DNA of 63,999 nucleotides, filler included, from Limisphaerales bacterium (GCA_044225505.1; 4 parts of 4 records of this genome joined end to end with filler, not necessarily neighbours in it), one strand, 5' to 3'; positions 9,922-21,404 are shown, numbered from the whole stretch's first letter. Notes: generated by a model not told the origin, from the sequence alone. Made by a program: numbers and translations.

Positions 9922-11649
9922 TTACTTTCGCACCAACCGCAGTGCGTCCTTGTCAAACCAGACTTCTCCTTTCGCCGCCCGAAGTTCGCAGAGAAGTTCG
10001 ACATCGGGTGTTTCCTCTTGGATGGGTGCTAAGAAACCAAAGTCGGTTGGTCCCTCTCCCATTTCGAATTCAAACACCATTTCCTTCCAGTCGTTGTCGC
10101 CTGTCAGCTTCTGGTTGAACCGGCGCCCAGTGTTTCGTAATCCGGCCCCTCCTTTACGATCGCCAGGATCCGTCACCACACCTCGGCTTCGAACCCGGCC
10201 AATGAGCTGGTATTTTCCAGGCTCCAACCGAACTCGAGTCGACCAAACTCCGACGCAGCTACCGCTCGGCGCACTAATATGCAAGAGGGTGTGCCCGCCT
10301 TCTGTCACCTCGTCCATCGCAGGTTTCCCGTGATCTGCTCGCGAACGCCATTCCGTTAAGAAGGCAATGCCGTTTGTATTGAAACGAAGATTCTTGTCTG
10401 GAGCCGTGAGCTGTTCTTGGATGCTCTTGGCGCGTTCTTGAATGCGTTGGCAAAAATCCGCGACTTCTCGTTCGTGCCATCGCACCGCGTCGGCGCCGCT
10501 GTTCTTCAGCGCGGAGCGGAGTTGACCGTCTCGCTCCCAAACCCGATTGGTGAGAGCGGTGACGTTGAAGACTTGGTCCTTGAGTTGGATGATTCGTTCG
10601 CGGTAAAGCTTCCGGCCTTGCGGGGTCTGCATAATGCCACGGGCGACCATTCCGTTCATGCGGGGGAAGAGAGGCATGTCCGTGCGGACGCGCATGACGC
10701 CGAACATCTGGTCTAACCCATGAGGCATAAAGACCAATTTGTTAGAAGTCGGATCGTGATAGATTCGATAATTGTTCCGGTTGATGCCGTAACCATCCCA
10801 ATCACACATCATAATATCCAAGGCGAGGTACGTAATGAATCGATCCACGTCCAGGAACTGACTGATGCGGGCGAATCGATTCGTCAGATTTCCCTCGTTA
10901 ACAGCGTCGGCCAGACGCAACAAATCCGACCGATCATTCGGATTCTTGCCTGATGATTTTTTCAGATCATCCGAGATGTCTTTGAGAAACCCGCCATCGT
11001 AGAGATTGCCGCCCGGATCTTTGAAATGACGTGCCAGGAACTGTTTATTGAAAGCTTCTGTGACGACATAAAGGCCTAAGTCTCGACCATTCAGCTCGAT
11101 CGTGGCGTGAGTGGCTCGTGGGACAGGCACCCCCGCTGCTGCGAACATCTCGCGGCAGATCTGCTCGTTGAGAAGGGATCGATCCTGAACGGAGTTGTTC
11201 AGAGACAATCGTTCGATTCCGTGAAAGGTCTGGCCTTTCACGTGTTTGTCAAAATTGAGGGTGAGCGCCGGATCGTCGTCGATCTCGCGAAAACTCCCGG
11301 CGGCGCCTTTCAAATGAATGGCGACATCCTTGTAGACCTTGCCGCCCTCGCGGACAATCGCTTTGACGGTCGGACGCTCCTGAGGACCACCAAAGGCACC
11401 CCGAGGAGACTGCCGCAGCGTCTCGATTCCCGCTGGGGGAATCTCGATTTGGATACGAACGATCTGCGTGCTGGTGAAAAGGTCATCCGGGACCACGGTG
11501 CGTGGCGCCTTTTCGGGTTTGCCCTCCGCGGCGAGCGACGAAGCGGCGGGGCCGCAGACCAGGGCCAGAAGGAGTGTGAGGCCAACGTGCGATCGGCGCC
11601 GTGCGAAATCAAGAGAGACCATACGAGTGTTATCCCTACATTCAGACAC
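9922..11649 (-). CDS. Exported CotH-kinase-family protein
   Basis: Signal peptide; HLKGAAGSFR, LSLNNSVQD, LGLYVVTE, DWDGY...NNYRIY, FMPHGLDQMFG. Confidence 0.85.
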   Translation of the reverse strand: MSECRDNTRMVSLDFARRRSHVGLTLLLALVCGPAASSLAAEGKPEKAPRTVVPDDLFTSTQIVRIQIEIPPAGIETLRQSPRGAFGGPQERPTVKAIVREGGKVYKDVAIHLKGAAGSFREIDDDPALTLNFDKHVKGQTFHGIERLSLNNSVQDRSLLNEQICREMFAAAGVPVPRATHATIELNGRDLGLYVVTEAFNKQFLARHFKDPGGNLYDGGFLKDISDDLKKSSGKNPNDRSDLLRLADAVNEGNLTNRFARISQFLDVDRFITYLALDIMMCDWDGYGINRNNYRIYHDPTSNKLVFMPHGLDQMFGVMRVRTDMPLFPRMNGMVARGIMQTPQGRKLYRERIIQLKDQVFNVTALTNRVWERDGQLRSALKNSGADAVRWHEREVADFCQRIQERAKSIQEQLTAPDKNLRFNTNGIAFLTEWRSRADHGKPAMDEVTEGGHTLLHISAPSGSCVGVWSTRVRLEPGKYQLIGRVRSRGVVTDPGDRKGGAGLRNTGRRFNQKLTGDNDWKEMVFEFEMGEGPTDFGFLAPIQEETPDVELLCELRAAKGEVWFDKDALRLVRK

Positions 11650-11825
11650 TCTCGCACGGGAGGATCAACTCAATTTATGCTATCGCACTGTTCCAGGCAA
11701 AGTTTTGCGTGGAACTCAGTTAGCGGGCAAGGGCTCTTGCGGAGCGAGTTCGGCGACGAACCTCGGTGCACCCCGCAAGCCCGGCGACGATCCTGACCGC
11801 TGCCGCCGTCTTAGTTCTGACGCCA

Positions 11826-12116
11826 TCATTGACTGGAGGCCGATTCGTTCCGGTGCGACACGAACGGCCTGTGTTCCGTCGCCGTAAACAGGTCGTAACT
11901 GCGAGCCCACTGGATCAATTCCCAGTAAAGCTCCGCTTGTTGCGGCTCACGCAGCAGGACGTTTTCGGCGGTTTTTTCCCATACCAGTCCGAACCCTTCC
12001 GCGGCGGAGCCATTCCTGGCCAAGTACTCGCGAAGGCGCTGCTGGAACTGCAGTCGGAATCTTTCTTTGCAGCTGGATGCACTTTCGTCAGCCGGTCCAC
12101 TCATTGCGTCCGACAA
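11826..12116 (-). CDS. Hypothetical protein
   Basis: 96-aa ORF filling the gap between same-strand genes; no motif recognised. Confidence 0.45.
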   Translation of the reverse strand: MSDAMSGPADESASSCKERFRLQFQQRLREYLARNGSAAEGFGLVWEKTAENVLLREPQQAELYWELIQWARSYDLFTATEHRPFVSHRNESASSQ

Positions 12117-12263
12117 TGGGGCGCACCCGGATTTCGCTCAAGAGAAGGTTATGAAATCTTGTCCACTGGCAATTCACACGAGATGCGGATCTTTTTCACA
12201 CGCTGTTCTCCGGAAATCGCACCTTTTGATGCGATCGCACCTCCGTGGAGCCAAACCGGTATA

Positions 12264-13124
12264 CTACTTGTCGGCCGGTCCGTAACCGACAGCTGGCTTG
12301 CCATCTTCCGAAAGGTGGCCTGTGGCCCAAAGGAGGCCTCGCGTGACGAGATCTAGGTAGCGCGGATCTGCAACCGTCTCGTTGTTATGCCCGATCGTGG
12401 TGCTAAATACCCGGGTCTTCTGCGGTCCGTACTGATTCATCCAGGCAACGACGAAATCGTTGGTCTTGGTATTGCCGTTGCGCTGTGAGATCACCTGTTC
12501 GCCCCGGGCCAAGGTTTGAGCGGATTCAAACACATGCACGTTGTTGTAGTGCTCTTCTTTGATTGTTTTCCAATCGGACAGGGCGCGGGCAATGGGATGC
12601 TCCTTTTGCGTAAAATGAATCGCAATCGGCTCTTGAGGACCGTGCCCGCTGGATTGCAGGCCCAAATATTCGAACCAAAGGCCGTGCGGAGTTCCCAGCG
12701 TCACGGGATCGTTTGGATTACCAACACGATACGAGTGCATCGCGCAATGCAGGTTAACGCCCGGCAACCCATCGCGGTGGGGCTTGAGAACTTGTTCGAC
12801 AATTGTCGGGTCTGAAATATCAGCGGCACATTCGTCGTGAATCACAACGTCGTAGCCACTTGCGTAATCGGGATTCTTGAGAATCGGCAAAGGTGGCCGA
12901 GTGGACCCGTCGCCGGTGTGCACTTGCTCGACCACGACGTTCGCCCGCGCTTCCAACCCCTTCTTCAGGATCTCTTTTTGATTGGCGTAATCGTGGCAGC
13001 AGCCGCCCGTGATCAGCAAGACGCGCAAGGGTTTCGGAGTTGCAGCATTTAACGCCGATGCGGCGGCGAGCAGCCCGACAAATGTAAACGTCAGTGTTTG
13101 GGGCCAAAATTCACGGTTGATCAT
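12264..13124 (-). CDS. Exported ThuA-like (class I glutamine amidotransferase-like) domain protein
   Basis: Signal peptide; VLLITGGCCHDY, NLHCAMHSYR, RVFSTTIGHNN, RGLLWA. Confidence 0.85.
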   Translation of the reverse strand: MINREFWPQTLTFTFVGLLAAASALNAATPKPLRVLLITGGCCHDYANQKEILKKGLEARANVVVEQVHTGDGSTRPPLPILKNPDYASGYDVVIHDECAADISDPTIVEQVLKPHRDGLPGVNLHCAMHSYRVGNPNDPVTLGTPHGLWFEYLGLQSSGHGPQEPIAIHFTQKEHPIARALSDWKTIKEEHYNNVHVFESAQTLARGEQVISQRNGNTKTNDFVVAWMNQYGPQKTRVFSTTIGHNNETVADPRYLDLVTRGLLWATGHLSEDGKPAVGYGPADK

Positions 13125-13249
13125 AATTCACTTTGTCATCCAGGACTCCCTGGATGTCTAGCGAATTCGACGGCCTCGGGCAGCGGTGACCCGCGCCCTT
13201 CACTCGCAACTTGGATTGTGTCGCTGCTCAGGTCTGGAAAGGCTGAGCT

Positions 13250-13927
13250 CTACTTTGCGGGCGATGCTCGCAACTCTTTGATCGCTTCCGGCTCCTTGTA
13301 ATGACGCTTCAGTCCCACTTCGTTCAGCATTCCAGCCGGCACACGCGAAATGAACTCCGGAAAGGAGCGTTCCACACGGTCGCGGATGAGTTTTTGCCCA
13401 GTCTTCGATGCCCAAAAGTCTTCTTGCACCTTGGCCAGAACAATTCCGGCTTCTTCATTCGTCATGTTTTCGCGCTTGGCGAGAAACCAGACCAGTTCCG
13501 CATCTCCCGGCAGCGTGACGGGAAAGGCGACAAATTTCAGGGTCATTTCCGGAGTTTCTTCCTCGGTCGAACCGACCGGGCGCACCCGGATTTCGCTGCT
13601 CCATTGGGACCCGTCTTTCAACGCCACTTCTACCGCCAAACTCTGCTCCTTTTTGTTTGGCTTGATCGCGATATCCGCGTCGCCGAACGATTGCGCGAAT
13701 TGGTTTTTCACGTCCGCCACGGTCTTCGGTTCTAAGTCTGGAAGTTCGACTTTGGAGCAAAACTTCTCAAAGGCGGTCGCCTTGGCCTTGGCTTTGAGTT
13801 CTTGCTCGATTGCGCTGTAAATCTGTCCGGCGAGTTTTGGGTCGTGCGTCGCACGAGGAAGGACTTTCTTTAAAAGCCCTAACAACTGTGCTTCGACGTT
13901 CACTTTGGCGTTCGTGGTTTTGGTCAT
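13250..13927 (-). CDS. Hypothetical cytoplasmic protein (probable start MTKTTNAK at 13927)
   Basis: Long ORF with natural composition; the ORF-track extension to 14113 overlaps cysE and is unlikely. Confidence 0.7.
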   Translation of the reverse strand: MTKTTNAKVNVEAQLLGLLKKVLPRATHDPKLAGQIYSAIEQELKAKAKATAFEKFCSKVELPDLEPKTVADVKNQFAQSFGDADIAIKPNKKEQSLAVEVALKDGSQWSSEIRVRPVGSTEEETPEMTLKFVAFPVTLPGDAELVWFLAKRENMTNEEAGIVLAKVQEDFWASKTGQKLIRDRVERSFPEFISRVPAGMLNEVGLKRHYKEPEAIKELRASPAK

Positions 13928-14048
13928 AATCGAAAATGCGCATTCTTGTGCCCTAACAAAAGAGAAAGTGCAATAGAATTGCCATCGGTTGAAGTTCTCG
14001 GGGCTGTTCCGTGGCGTCGAGAGGGCTCCGCTCGAGTTCGTCGGAACG

Positions 14049-14969
14049 TCAAATTTGAAAATCCGATTTGCTCCGTTCGCGATCTTTCTTCGGAAGGACC
14101 TTGACGTGAACATCCTCCGCCAGGACGAGCGAGTTTGGCGGCACGCTGTGCATTAAAAACACACTCGCTCCGATCGTGCTGCCTTCGCCGATGACCGTTT
14201 CGCCACCCACAATCGTGGCATTTGCATAGATCGTCACGCCGTCTTCAATGGTGGGATGGCGCTTTTGGCCTTTTAACGATTGCCCTCCGGCCAATGAGCG
14301 CGCCACGAGTCCAACGCCCTGGTATAGTTTAACGTGACTGCCGATCACCGCTGTCTCCCCAATCACCGTTCCCGTGCAGTGATCCACAAAGAAATGCGAT
14401 CCAATTTGCGCGCCCGGGTGCAAATCCATTCCCGTCCGGCTGTGCGCCCATTCCGTCATGATGCGAGGAATTAAAGCGATCTTTTCCAGATACATCTCAT
14501 GCGCCATCCGCTGGACCGCGATGGCTTCAATAAATGGATAAGCAAGAATGACTTCCTCCTTGCTCAAGGCAGCTGGGTCGCCCGTGAACGCGGCTTCTGC
14601 GTCCGTCTGCAGCAGTTGCCGAATGCGCGGCAGGCGACTGAGAAAGTCGTTCGTCAGGTCCCGCGCCGTCACTCGCAAATCATCCTTCCGTAAAACGGTC
14701 GCCGCCTTGTACTCCAAGCTCTTGTAAATCTCGTCTTCCAACCGTCCTTGGACCGAATCCATGAGGACTGCCGTTTCCATTTTGATTTCAGACGAATGAA
14801 TCGACTTATCATCGAGGAACCCGGGAAAAAGCAGTCGCAATAGGTCGACTGTGATCTGCGCAATGGCGCTCTTCGATGGGAGATTGACTCCGTCCAGATG
14901 ATTAATCCCGCCAAATTTGGCGTACGACGCGATCAGTTGGTCGGTTAGCTGTGTAACCGTTTTCTTCAC
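14049..14969 (-). CDS. cysE: Serine O-acetyltransferase
   Basis: GDPAA...EVILAYP, DLHPGAQIG, FFVDHCTGTVIGET, KRHPTIED hexapeptide region. Confidence 0.88.
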   Translation of the reverse strand: MKKTVTQLTDQLIASYAKFGGINHLDGVNLPSKSAIAQITVDLLRLLFPGFLDDKSIHSSEIKMETAVLMDSVQGRLEDEIYKSLEYKAATVLRKDDLRVTARDLTNDFLSRLPRIRQLLQTDAEAAFTGDPAALSKEEVILAYPFIEAIAVQRMAHEMYLEKIALIPRIMTEWAHSRTGMDLHPGAQIGSHFFVDHCTGTVIGETAVIGSHVKLYQGVGLVARSLAGGQSLKGQKRHPTIEDGVTIYANATIVGGETVIGEGSTIGASVFLMHSVPPNSLVLAEDVHVKVLPKKDRERSKSDFQI

Positions 14970-15374
14970 GCCGTCAGTATTCCCAACCCCAGCCCCCCTG
15001 GCAAGACCTGCAACGTCGGAGGGGTTTCACGTCGATTGCATCGTTCGCCCGCGGCACAGGTCGTCCTATCTGATGTATAAACTGTTGATACGCAAAGAGC
15101 GCGTGGCCTGGTGACAAATGTCAGCAACCTGTGCGACATTTGCCGTCCCTGGCCATCCCGCATCTTCCGAGCGTACTGCCCAACGAGCAATTCGCTGCTG
15201 AACGCCGCCTCGTTGGAGGTTTCACCGACATTGGCAACAGGCCCCCGATCGGCAAACGTTTCCAGCCCGATTTTGGTTTGACGGCTTTGCCCACTTAGTT
15301 GATACCGAACTGTAGCCAGGGGACAAGTAGGCTGTTCTCTACGGGTCCTGAGCGGACTGAGTCGTTTTGTAGCG

Positions 15375-17809
15375 GTGCGTTCACCAGTTCGAACGCATCA
15401 ACCCAGTCACAACGTGTTTAACACCACACACATCCTTTATGCCCTCTGTTTCTTGGGCACTTACGGTTGGATTATCGACTCGATTCTCGCGCAACCTGCC
15501 TTGCAAGTGCGACCGTCCGGTCCGCAAACGGTTGAGACAAAGTGGTTTGGTAGCGCAACTCAATGGAGCTGCAGGTCAGTCGTTCTCTTGGAGTTGGGGC
15601 AGTTTGGATTCCGCGGATCAATCCCAACCCTGGTCGGTGATGAGTATTCAGTCACGATCGCCGCAGGAGGAGTGACGCTTTTACCGGCTGGGAGTCCAGG
15701 GACTGAGCACGCTGGCCGGCAGCAGCCCCGAAGACAACGAAATCGACGTTGCCGTGACGCGCGAGACGGTTTTCCGACTGACCGCGCCCCTGTCGGTCGA
15801 TGCGACGCTTTCTCCCACCAACTTCTACGCCACGGCCGCAGGGAGACGGCTATTGACCCGTGCTGAGCTCTCGTCCGATCGCCGAACGGCGACTCTATTC
15901 TACCTCGAGCCGCTTCCGGGCAGTGCGCGCGTTGAGGCTGTGTTGGAAGGCGCGGGCCTCAAAGACAGCTTTGGTCGCGCTTTAGATCTGGACGCCGACG
16001 GGAGCGCGGGTGGAAATGCCACGGTCGGTTTCCAGACGCTCAATTTGGCGCCACTAGCGGGCACGGCTGTGATCGGCCGGGTTTTTGCCTCCGAGACGGT
16101 TCCGAGTGCGGCGGCGGGCGCAACCGCGGTGAACCGACCTTTGCAGGGAGTGACGATTAGCGTGGATGGCCGGGAAGAGTCGCTGCGAACGCAAACGGAT
16201 GCGCAGGGAAATTTTAAACTGGAACCGGTGCCGCCGGGACGGTTTTTCGTCCACATCGACGGTCGTACTGCGATCGGTAGCCGCTGGCCGGATGGCGATT
16301 ACTATCCGACCGTCGGAAAGCAGTGGGAAGCCGCCCCTCTGCGCACCGATAACCGCGCCGGCGAAACGGGAGAGATCTTCTTGCCTCTCGTGAAGCAAGG
16401 GTCGCTGCAACCGGTCAGTCAAACCGCCGATACAACGATCACGTTTGTGGCGGACGTGATTCAGCAAAGTCCCGCTCTGGCCGGAGTGAAAATCACCGTC
16501 CCGGCGAACGGTCTTTTCAGCGAGAGCGGGACGCGAGGGGGCAGGGTGGGCATTGCTCCCGTGCCGCCCGATCGGCTCCCTAGTCGTTTGCCGCCCGGGC
16601 TGGAAATGCCGATCGTCATCACTGTGCAAACGGATGGGCCGCTCAACTTCGATAAGCCAGCTCCCGTTTGTTTTCCAAACTTACCGGACCCGATCACGAA
16701 ACAACCGTTACCTCCAGGCAGCCGACAAGCGCTCATCTCCTTCAATCATGACAAAGGGAAATGGGAAGCGGTGGGATCAATGACCGTAAGCGCTGATGGC
16801 AAACTCGTTTGCACGGACCCAGGCTCGGGCGTGTTACAACCTGGTTGGCATGGTGTTGGACCGCCGCCTGGAGGTCCACCGCCGCCGCCTTGTCCCGATG
16901 GCGGTCCGGACGGGGGCGGGCCCGAACCAGAGGCACTTCCGCGTCGAGGCGCTCGCGCAGCGCTCGCGGCCACGTCCGATCTCTCGCTCCAACACGGCGG
17001 CGTTGGGGTGGCGCCGGCCAAGACCGAGGCGCAGTGTATTGCAGACTGTGAAAAGGCAGGCGCGGCATGTCGCGCGGGGGTTGAACGACTTGCGGCGCAG
17101 CGGCTGCAGGCATGCTTCAATCTCCAGGCACAGTCTGGAGTCACCTGTAATGCCCAAGCGATCAATGATGTGCTAAGCCTCGATCTCAAAGAGTGCGCGG
17201 AAGCCGAGAAAGCGTGTAAGGAGAAGTGCAAGAAACCACCACCGAAGAAACCCAAGCGCCGACCACCGGCCTGCCGGCCAAGTCCAAACTCTCCGGAGGA
17301 AGCGAGCGTTTCCTTGGCGCGAACGTCGCTTGCTGTTGGCGCCTCGAGTGCCGAAGCCGTTGTCGAACAGATTCATGAGCTGTTCCAGCAAATGCTCGCC
17401 ACGACCGCTCCCTTTCAAGGCCAGCCCGGACCGCTGCCCAATGAGGTTAAGACCCAGGTGGATGAGCTTTGGGCGGCGTTGAACTTTCTTGGGGGGGGCG
17501 ACGTGGCGGCGTATTTGGAGAATCACGCCTTGCAAGCGGAGCTCAGGGCCGTGGCCACGGACACACTGGAAGAGCCCGAAGGCGATGCTCCGGATTATCC
17601 CGTGCTCTACATGGCGACCATCCTCCGTCCAGGGGGTGAGATGATCCTCCGGGGTCAAACCGACCCTTGGGGGCAGTATCAGCTCTTCGTTCCTCGAGAC
17701 GGTAAAATTGCGTCGGTCCGGTTTTACGATCCGCAAACCAAATCGGTCGGCCTGGTATTTCCTCGGCTCCGCGCCGATCCACCCTGGCGATTGCCTAGCT
17801 TTACGCTCT
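15375..17809 (+). CDS. Large exported protein (Ig/carboxypeptidase-regulatory-like domains, Pro- and Cys-rich segments); 5' part frameshifted, 3' end cut by the contig end
   Basis: Signal-peptide-like N-terminus in frame 15375; the main frame opens after TGA at 15673-15675 (RFYRLGVQG...VTRETVF); PLQGVTISVDG...TDAQGNFKL. Confidence 0.65.
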
Positions 17810-17909
17810 NNNNNNNNNNNNNNNNNNNNNNNNNNNNNNNNNNNNNNNNNNNNTTAATTAATTAANNNNNNNNNNNNNNNNNNNNNNNNNNNNNNNNNNN
17901 NNNNNNNNN
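17810..17909. other. Artificial contig linker
   Basis: N-run + TTAATTAATTAA (stops in six frames) + N-run, 100 nt. Confidence 0.98.
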
Positions 17910-20065
17910 CCAAGCCATGAATCGCTGCAGGAATAGATCAACCTTGGTCCACCCACCAGCCGCTGTTTTCTGTAACTCAGGATGTTCCAAAGCGGCACGC
18001 AATTTCGGGGTTGAGGCACCTCGGGAGATGGCCTTCCCCCCACGGTGCGATCCGGATTCACCAGTGGAGGTCACGTGGAAGGACCGGTGAAACTGGCGAA
18101 GCGCCGTCCAAAAGCGTCCGGACGACGCCAAACGGACCAAGGCCAACTCGTCCATCGTCAATCCTACCAGTGGCGATCGTAAGACAGCGAGTAACGGGAT
18201 ATCCTGCAGCGGATTGTCGAGCAGGCTCAGAAGACTGAGCAAGTCGGTCACCTCAGGATGATCAAAGAAACCGCCGCGCGCCGCTACCAAAGGGATCTTC
18301 AATCGCGTGAATTCCTTGGCGTAGGTCTCGGCCTTTCGTTGCGGTGATCGCAACAGAACGACCATATCTCGCCATTCGATCCTCCGATACGCTTGCGACT
18401 GCTCATCCCAAAGTTGGCGCCCTTGAGCATGCAGCGCCGCCAAACGCGAGCCCACCCATCGAGCTTCGAGCTCGCCCTGCGTCAAATCGACCAGGCCGCC
18501 GTCGCTTGACTCGCTCTCATCACCAGCCAGATCGTCACCTGCCCAGCCGCCGCCGCGGAGTAAGTTCAGCTCTATGTCTGGAACTCGAAAGCTCTCGTCT
18601 TCTGTCGCGGAAGACTGCTTGTCTGCGGGCGTTGGGTGTTTTGCACGGCGCAGATGTTCCCGGCCTGGAGCATCGCCAAATTGCAGGTGCGCGGCTTTGT
18701 CGTAGGACACTCCTCCAGTCTCTTTGCGCATCAACAAGGAAAACAGGCCATTGACGAATTCCAGAATCGCTTCGCGGCTCCGGAAATTCTCTGCCAGCGG
18801 AATCACGTGGCAGACCGGGGCGCGATCGGCCCATTGCTCCGTATAAACCCGAAAAATGCGCGGATCGGCCAACCGGAACCGATAGATGCTCTGCTTGGGG
18901 TCGCCCAAAAGATCATCTGCAGGCGTTCCCGCCAGATCATGGCTAACGGAGTCGGCTGATCCGTCGTCCCGTTCCAGAGCAAACGCAAACTGAACTGCTC
19001 GAGGTCGTGGAAATCGACCCCACCCAACTCCTTCTTGGCCTGGCTGAGCCGTTCTCCAAACTCCGCGGTTAGATCGAGTAAGACCGTCATCTGGGGCGCA
19101 ACCCAACTCCAGTCTTGCTCCAAGGGCGTCCCGGGCAGCTGCGGAGCCGAGGAATCCTCTGGCTTCTGCCCCGCCGGTTGGGTCAACCCACGGAGAAACT
19201 CTGCCTCATCGAAAAACGGCTGGATCACATCGCGCACTTTCCCGACCGAGCCGCGCGGCCAAACCTGGCGGTACGCTTCACCGACGTCGGATAAGACCGT
19301 GAACGCCTGGTCCGTCGTGGGGTTCGTGGGTAAGCGTTGGAGCGCATTCAAGCAATCGCTGACATTCTTAACTCCGGCAAATGGCTGCAGCACAGGTGTC
19401 CATTGCTCTCGCCATTCCAGCACAGCCGCATGCAACCAGCCTCGCCATTCGACCGGACTTGAATGGCAGAACGCCGCACGTTGCGATTGTAGCCACCCTA
19501 CCGGATCGGGCAGAGTCTGCGCGTATTCGTGCAGGCGCAAGATCAAGCGTTTGACTGGCACATCCCAGCCACGAGCTTGAGCGTGAATCAACTTCTGCAC
19601 TTCTTCCGAGGCCCTAGTTTCTCCTGCAAAATGCCGTTCCAGCATGTCGCGAAGAGTTTCATCCGCAAGCAACCGGCTTTCTTCCTCGGGAAGCACCGTG
19701 ACTTGAGGGTCGATCTCCAGCTCGTAGAAATGCTGCCGCAACAGACGAAAACAAAAACTGTGCAAGGTGCTGATGAAGGCGGAATCCAGCAAGGCGGCCT
19801 GTTCGAGCAAATGGATATTGGTCGGCTCCACAGCCAAGCGGGCGGTCAACTCGGCGCGGATGCGCTGGCGCAACTCCGCGGCGGCGGCGTCAGTGAATGT
19901 GACCACCAGGACCTGATCCAGCGAATGCTTGCGCGGATCTTCCAACAGCCATTCGACACATCGATGAACCAACGTGCGGGTCTTTCCTGTGCCCGCTCCA
20001 GCCACCACCACGACGTTGCCCCGCGCTTCGATCGCTTGCCGCTGTTGTTTGGTGAATTTTCCCAC
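17910..20065 (-). pseudogene. addA: AddA-type UvrD helicase/nuclease with an internal deletion/frameshift near 18905; 3' end cut by the contig edge
   Basis: Walker A AGAGTGKT, VTFTDAAAAEL, ISTLHSFC, DFHDLE in one frame; GDPKQSIYRFRLADP, LAENFRS, DNPLQDIPLLAVLRSP in the next; Walker B absent. Confidence 0.8.
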
Positions 20066-20076
20066 AGCGCCTCTCC

Positions 20077-21183
20077 TTACCAGACTTCGACCGGTCCTTT
20101 GGGAAGCGGGATCTCTTGCCGAGCGGCCACGGCAGGATCTCTCATGAAAGAGGCCACGAGCGGAGCAGGTTGGTAATTGGCGCGAAGCTCACCATTGTCA
20201 TCCAGAAACTGGCGCCGCCATTGGCGGTAGTCTGCCAGGATTTGATAGAACTCGTCCCGCGTCGTCAGCCTCACGATGCGCCGGTTGAATTCGTTGGCTG
20301 GACCGAACCGCTTGGCGTACCACGGGGCCACCTTGCGGAACAAACGGCAGCCGTGCGCCTCGCCAAAGACCTGAATCATCGCCTCGCAATGCTGCGCCAA
20401 TACCCGGAGGCGCTCCTCAAATCCGGGTTCCGGAAGGAGCTCTCCCGTTTGCAGGTAATGAAGCGTGTGGGAAAAGATCCACGGGTTATAGAAAGCGCCC
20501 CGACCGATACTGACACCGTGGCAGCCCGTTTTCTCGAACATTGCCTTTGCCGCTTGGGGAGTCGTAACGTCTCCATTTCCAATGACGGGGACCTGTCGGA
20601 CGGCACGCACGACCTCGGCGATTCCGGCCAGTTTAACGATACCGTCAAAGCCTTGCTCGCGCGTTCGCCCATGGACCGCAATTGCCGCCACGCCCACATC
20701 CTCAAGAGCTCGAGCCAAATCGGGCGCTGTCCAGTTTTGGTCGTCCCAACCGAGGCGCATTTTTGCCGTCACTGGAATCTTGACCGCCTCGACCATCCCC
20801 TTCACCAAACGCGCCGTCCGATCCAACTCAATCATCATCGAGGACCCTCCGCCAATCCGGCAGACTTTACGGACCGGGCAACCCATGTTGATGTCCACAG
20901 ATTGAATGCCCAGAGATTCCAGATAGACCGCGGCGTCCCGCATCTCTTCGGGTACAGAACCGAACAACTGAACGGACAAAGGTTGATCCGCCGGACAAGT
21001 CTCGATCAGCTTTAATCCCTTGGGCTGGCGTTCGAGCAAGGAACGGGCGTTCACGAGATCCGTCGTCGCCAGGCCTAAGCCGCCCAGGGCCCGCAGTGTC
21101 AGTCGAAAGGGCAGATTGGTATAGCCTGCCAGCGGCGAGAGCAAGAGATTCGAACTCAGTTCCAGGGAGCCAAAACGCAACAT
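20077..21183 (-). CDS. dusB: tRNA-dihydrouridine synthase B
   Basis: LSPLAGYTN, VQLFGS, DINMGCPV, VTAKMRLGWD, VHGRTREQ, IGNGDV; start set at MLRFG. Confidence 0.9.
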   Translation of the reverse strand: MLRFGSLELSSNLLLSPLAGYTNLPFRLTLRALGGLGLATTDLVNARSLLERQPKGLKLIETCPADQPLSVQLFGSVPEEMRDAAVYLESLGIQSVDINMGCPVRKVCRIGGGSSMMIELDRTARLVKGMVEAVKIPVTAKMRLGWDDQNWTAPDLARALEDVGVAAIAVHGRTREQGFDGIVKLAGIAEVVRAVRQVPVIGNGDVTTPQAAKAMFEKTGCHGVSIGRGAFYNPWIFSHTLHYLQTGELLPEPGFEERLRVLAQHCEAMIQVFGEAHGCRLFRKVAPWYAKRFGPANEFNRRIVRLTTRDEFYQILADYRQWRRQFLDDNGELRANYQPAPLVASFMRDPAVAARQEIPLPKGPVEVW

Positions 21184-21404
21184 TCCCCTCAGAATAACGC
21201 TATTCCCCCCTCCCCGACAATGCATTCATTCCCAGCACTCGCAACCCGCGGGTCATTCGCGATTACCGGTCCGAACCAGAGTGCCCCTCAACCAGCGACA
21301 AGGTTTTCACCTACGGGGCTTTCCGGCACCGCCCGATTGGCGGCCAACACTTGTGCCATTATGTTTTCAAGGACCAAAGTGACGACCTCGAACGAAAGCC
21401 CGCT

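Noticed and set aside
15370..15400. GGTGCGTTC...GTTCGAACGCATC hairpin resembling a tRNA T-arm
   Set aside because: No cloverleaf, D-arm or acceptor stem; no tRNA or rRNA gene was recognised in the window
17810..17909. TTAATTAATTAA palindrome within N-runs (also 35492-35591 and 52987-53086)
   Set aside because: Artificial six-frame-stop linker; ORFs ending in 'LIN' and adjacencies across it are artefacts
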